Virus record (IMG/VR): IMGVR_UViG_3300012324_000010
Source of the DNA: a virus
Taxonomy: Duplodnaviria > Heunggongvirae > Uroviricota > Caudoviricetes
Strand: one strand, 5' to 3'
DNA length: 64,000 nt
The position numbers were made by a program, and so were the translations under genes. This document shows, in pieces, positions 60,897 to 64,000 of this stretch. Below the pieces are notes generated by a model. It had not been told where the DNA came from and made no database searches. It saw only the letters and a list, made by a program, of their open reading frames with translations. Numbering within the stretch: the first letter of the stretch is position 1; every line of letters begins with the position of its first letter.

Positions 60897-61277
60897 TTAT
60901 CTCCATTCTGTGGTGTAGCGATACATTGTTGTTCCGGGTGCAGCATCGAAATAATATGGATCAGTAGCATCACCATTCCAGCTACCACGGGGATGTGGCT
61001 CTGTTGTGATGGTCTCAATATCCATATTGGCTATGGTTTCTAATGCACGACGGATATGATGCTGTGGAATTGGGTGGTTGTCTATGTCTTGCAACCAGTG
61101 CTGTGCTTCCTCAGGAGACATTGCAGTGTTTTTGGCGTTATGTCTTAGCTCAGGAAAATCTGGAGCAATAAGTCCTTTCTCATCAAGTGAATCTACCATT
61201 TCCCGTATGCTCTTGTTTTGAAAGTGCCATGCAAGAAGTAGACTGTTGATACGTTCTTTGTTGGTCATAATGTTCAC
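60897..61277 (-). CDS. hypothetical protein
   Basis: 126-aa ORF; GAAGG RBS near MTNKE. Confidence 0.7.
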   Translation of the reverse strand: MNIMTNKERINSLLLAWHFQNKSIREMVDSLDEKGLIAPDFPELRHNAKNTAMSPEEAQHWLQDIDNHPIPQHHIRRALETIANMDIETITTEPHPRGSWNGDATDPYYFDAAPGTTMYRYTTEWR

Positions 61278-61609
61278 CTTCTTTTGGTTAGCATTTAGCT
61301 GCTCTTTCCTGGTTGGTCATTTTCTTTTCTATTGTGATATGGTGTTTTCCTTTTGAACACTTATTACTGTAGTGTCTTATTGTAACAAGGACAAACTGCA
61401 TCAAAAATCATCACCCCAGCAAAGAGGTGTTTTCTAAAAAACATACCCTTAGCTGCAACAACCTTCAAAGTGGAGGTGCAAATATATCTTGTGCTATAAA
61501 CTGTGTCCCCTTGCAATACATCACATCAGGTTAATCCATCATGCAAAAATTCACCTTTGAACTACCCTCCCCCTTATCACGGTTGAGATGAGGGGTTGTG
61601 TGATAATGG

Positions 61610-62194
61610 CTATTCAAGAGCAGAAAAGAGGCAGGAATTCACCCACGGGGATAAAACCCATGGTTTTCTGGATACCTTCTTATCATACAAGCTAGAAGAC
61701 ACGCTGTGTTCTGGCCTTGTCATACAGAATGTATCTACTACAATCTCAATGTCTTTATCAAGGAGATCTAGATCAAACATTTCTTTAGAATTTTCACAAA
61801 TAACGTGCATAGGATGATTGCGAGCAATATGAGAATACGCTCTATGAATACTCTCTTGTAGATTCTCACCTTCATATCTATATATTTTCACATTCTTATT
61901 TTCTACAGTGCCAGCTGCAATGTAGTCTTCCATGTCAAAGCAATCTACCCAGGAAGCAAAGTCAGTAACAGTAACATCCCCTAGCTCATCTAACTGAGAA
62001 AAACTGTTTCCCTTACACCATACTTGTCTTAACAGAGAATCAATAGCACGCTCTGTGTATTCTTGTGGATCTTCTAACTTAATCCCGTAATCCTTCCACA
62101 AGGAGAACTCTAGATCTCCGCGTAAAACATCAATAGATTCTTCAATGATTTCTATTTGTCCGACATCAATACGCGCAAAATCCTCTATAGTCAT
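61610..62194 (-). CDS. hypothetical protein, family I; C-terminus reads through an IS605-end-like hairpin
   Basis: Paralog of 62979-63455 (QLDELGD...TDFASWV). Confidence 0.8.
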   Translation of the reverse strand: MTIEDFARIDVGQIEIIEESIDVLRGDLEFSLWKDYGIKLEDPQEYTERAIDSLLRQVWCKGNSFSQLDELGDVTVTDFASWVDCFDMEDYIAAGTVENKNVKIYRYEGENLQESIHRAYSHIARNHPMHVICENSKEMFDLDLLDKDIEIVVDTFCMTRPEHSVSSSLYDKKVSRKPWVLSPWVNSCLFSALE

Positions 62195-62352
62195 GATGTT
62201 CCCCCTTTGAAGTGGTGTAGTAAAAAGTGATGTTTTCCTATGGATGACTCCACTGTACCAAAGGTTTATTTCCTAAACAAAGCAACCCCACCTATCTTTG
62301 GTAAGTGGGGTTTCTTTGAAGTTATTATAACTCCTGTGTTTTTTACTTTTTT

Positions 62353-62754
62353 CTATTTATCTACTACCTCAGACAAAGCAGCGATCTTATCACGCAAACT
62401 AGGCTCAATAATCTCTACATGAACTGCTTCAGACTGGAAGGGTCCAAACTTTACCACAGCATCCTTATCAGCAAGAAAATATGTATTATCACGCTTGACA
62501 ATACCATATTTTTCAAGCTCATCAATATTCCCTTTGCCTTCAGAATAATTCTTGATGAAAACATGGTTCTTATCTTTAGGTTCTAGGTGGTAATCTCCTA
62601 GGTTTACAGAAAATGTACCATACGGTACATACATCTGAAACTCTTCATCAAAATAGGTGCTTGTAAGAGCAGTAGTTCCATCACCGTAGAAGCTAACATA
62701 CAACTCCAGGGTTTCTTTCTCATGGGTAAGTGGGCTAGTGAACTCAATCTTCAT
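62353..62754 (-). CDS. hypothetical phage protein (possibly DUF4313-like)
   Basis: AAGGAG RBS; PYGTFSVNL...FIKNYSE. Confidence 0.75.
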   Translation of the reverse strand: MKIEFTSPLTHEKETLELYVSFYGDGTTALTSTYFDEEFQMYVPYGTFSVNLGDYHLEPKDKNHVFIKNYSEGKGNIDELEKYGIVKRDNTYFLADKDAVVKFGPFQSEAVHVEIIEPSLRDKIAALSEVVDK

Positions 62755-62978
62755 TGATAATCTCCTTGATTGTGTGCTGTTCTTGATTGTGTCAACTCTT
62801 ATTATACAGCAGGTGTTGAATAAGATCAAGCAGTTATCCACAGTTGATCATACAACAAACTGTGTCCCTTTATAATAGACCATATCAAGTTTTCCCAGAA
62901 CAAAAATGCACCTCTCACCTCTCCTATTATCTAAAAAAGGGGGGGGTGAAAGATGCATTATGTTCTGGGTGTTGCTGC

Positions 62979-63455
62979 TTAAGCCATATCTGCTACAATC
63001 TCAGTGTTTTCATTGAGGATATCTACACCAAACTTCTCCTCAATACCCTCACGAATAATGCGCATGGGCTGTTCACGCACAGTAGAAGAATATGCACGGC
63101 GAAGATTTTCCTTTGGACCTTCCCCTTCATAATCAAATACCTCTACATTCTCATTATCTACAGTTCCAGCTGCAAGGTAGTCTTCCAGATCAAAGGTCTC
63201 TACCCAGGAAGCAAAATCAGTACGGCTGATATCTCCCAGCTCATCCAATTGGTAGAAGTTATTTCCTTCAAACCATACCTCCTCTAGCAGGGAATCAACA
63301 GCATACTCTACATACTCTTCTGGGTTTTCCACCTTTATGCCATACTCTAGCCACAGGGAAGATACTAGGTTGTCTCGCAGGATATTTACTGCTTCCTCAA
63401 TGATGGCTACCTGGTTGTCCTTATCCTGTACGAAATCACTCTTAGAACCAAACAT
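62979..63455 (-). CDS. hypothetical protein, family I
   Basis: AAGGAG RBS; promoter module. Confidence 0.85.
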   Translation of the reverse strand: MFGSKSDFVQDKDNQVAIIEEAVNILRDNLVSSLWLEYGIKVENPEEYVEYAVDSLLEEVWFEGNNFYQLDELGDISRTDFASWVETFDLEDYLAAGTVDNENVEVFDYEGEGPKENLRRAYSSTVREQPMRIIREGIEEKFGVDILNENTEIVADMA

Positions 63456-63671
63456 GATTGTTATCTCCTTGTTGTATGTTGTGGTGTTTTCCTTTTGAAC
63501 ACTTATGACTTTACAGTGTGGTTAATAGGTGGTCAAGTGGAAGGGGTGGGAAATACCCCTATATGGGTGTAGGTAGAGAATGTATATTTAGTGTCCCTTT
63601 TTCTCATAATCATTGATAAATACAGAAAAACCCCACATCTTTGAGAAGTGGGGTGCTATTTCTTTGTTGTT

Positions 63672-63950
63672 CTAGTTGTTTAGGAAGTTCTCAAATACTT
63701 CTGCTGCTTCCTGAGCTTCTACAATGTTTTCAGCCATCTTCTTTGCTTCACGTGCATCAAAAATCATTGCACTTGGAACGGTGATGAAGACACTGTAATG
63801 CAGCTCTTCAGGGTTAGGATTACGGGAATCCTTGTAATCAGCTTCTACAAAGATGTCACCCTGGAAGGAACCAGAGTGCCACACTCGGTAGCCAATACCT
63901 GGGCGGTGCTCTAGTTGGAAGTTCTTGTGCTTTGCAACAATGTTCAACAT
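63672..63950 (-). CDS. hypothetical protein
   Basis: AAGGAG RBS; promoter module running off the window edge. Confidence 0.85.
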   Translation of the reverse strand: MLNIVAKHKNFQLEHRPGIGYRVWHSGSFQGDIFVEADYKDSRNPNPEELHYSVFITVPSAMIFDAREAKKMAENIVEAQEAAEVFENFLNN

Positions 63951-64000
63951 GATGTGTTCTCCTTGTGGTGTGGTGTTTTCCTCTTGAACACTTATTACTT

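Larger units (their letters stand above)
2907..63598 (+). repeat. dispersed polarised intergenic motif (TT)TGTGTCCC(C)TT: 22 exact 8-mer copies and about 7 variants
   Basis: Exact at ~2907, 3999, 6894, 8767, 12253, 18458, 18963, 23347, 25397, 26339, 28471, 29015, 29686, 30345, 34956, 51227, 52309, 56380, 57237, 57894, 61502, 62861. Confidence 0.9.
7449..64000 (-). promoter_or_regulatory. repeated ~110-bp promoter/leader/RBS module, about 15 copies
   Basis: Minus-strand consensus CACCCA-N4-GGGGT...CTTGACCA-N16-TAAAGT-AATAAGTGTTCAAGAGGAAAACACCACA...AAGGAG; at ~7450, 12085, 26215, 28892, 29562, 30228, 35870, 57102, 57702, 59915, 60620, 61330, 62756, 63457, 63952. Confidence 0.85.

Noticed and set aside
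2907..63598. TGTGTCCC or promoter modules as CRISPR repeats or classical attC sites
   Set aside because: Spacing is gene-sized and irregular; no attC-type R'/R'' hairpin and no integron integrase in the window.

Overview
AT-rich, gene-dense accessory/early region that looks like a large (jumbo-type) bacteriophage or phage-like element; an actinobacterial, probably Corynebacterium-like, host is inferred from the pilus locus and secreted protease. No capsid, tail or replication core genes are visible. The window holds about 60 mostly small, paralogous hypothetical genes, many with their own sigma70-type promoter and terminator. Recognisable genes are a T4 PseT-like polynucleotide kinase/phosphatase, a Dam-family methyltransferase, a GIY-YIG/zinc-repeat protein, a vWA protein, a trypsin-like protease, and a complete sortase-dependent pilus cluster with a 2775-aa LRR adhesin. 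There are tRNA-Pro and tRNA-Leu plus four TnpB-carrying insertion sequences (two IS607-like, one IS605-like, one TnpB-only IS1341-like). Main findings: (1) a stand-alone, separately promoted and terminated copy of the predicted IS607 TnpB omega-RNA scaffold with a new ~20-nt guide at ~27.0 kb, a candidate trans-acting reprogrammed guide for the TnpB 16 kb away; (2) about 29 strand-polarised intergenic TGTGTCCC-type sites that punctuate the region into self-contained gene units; (3) two tRNA-like RNAs with collapsed anticodon arms and several other promoter-driven structured non-coding RNA candidates. All calls are by eye; no database searches were run.
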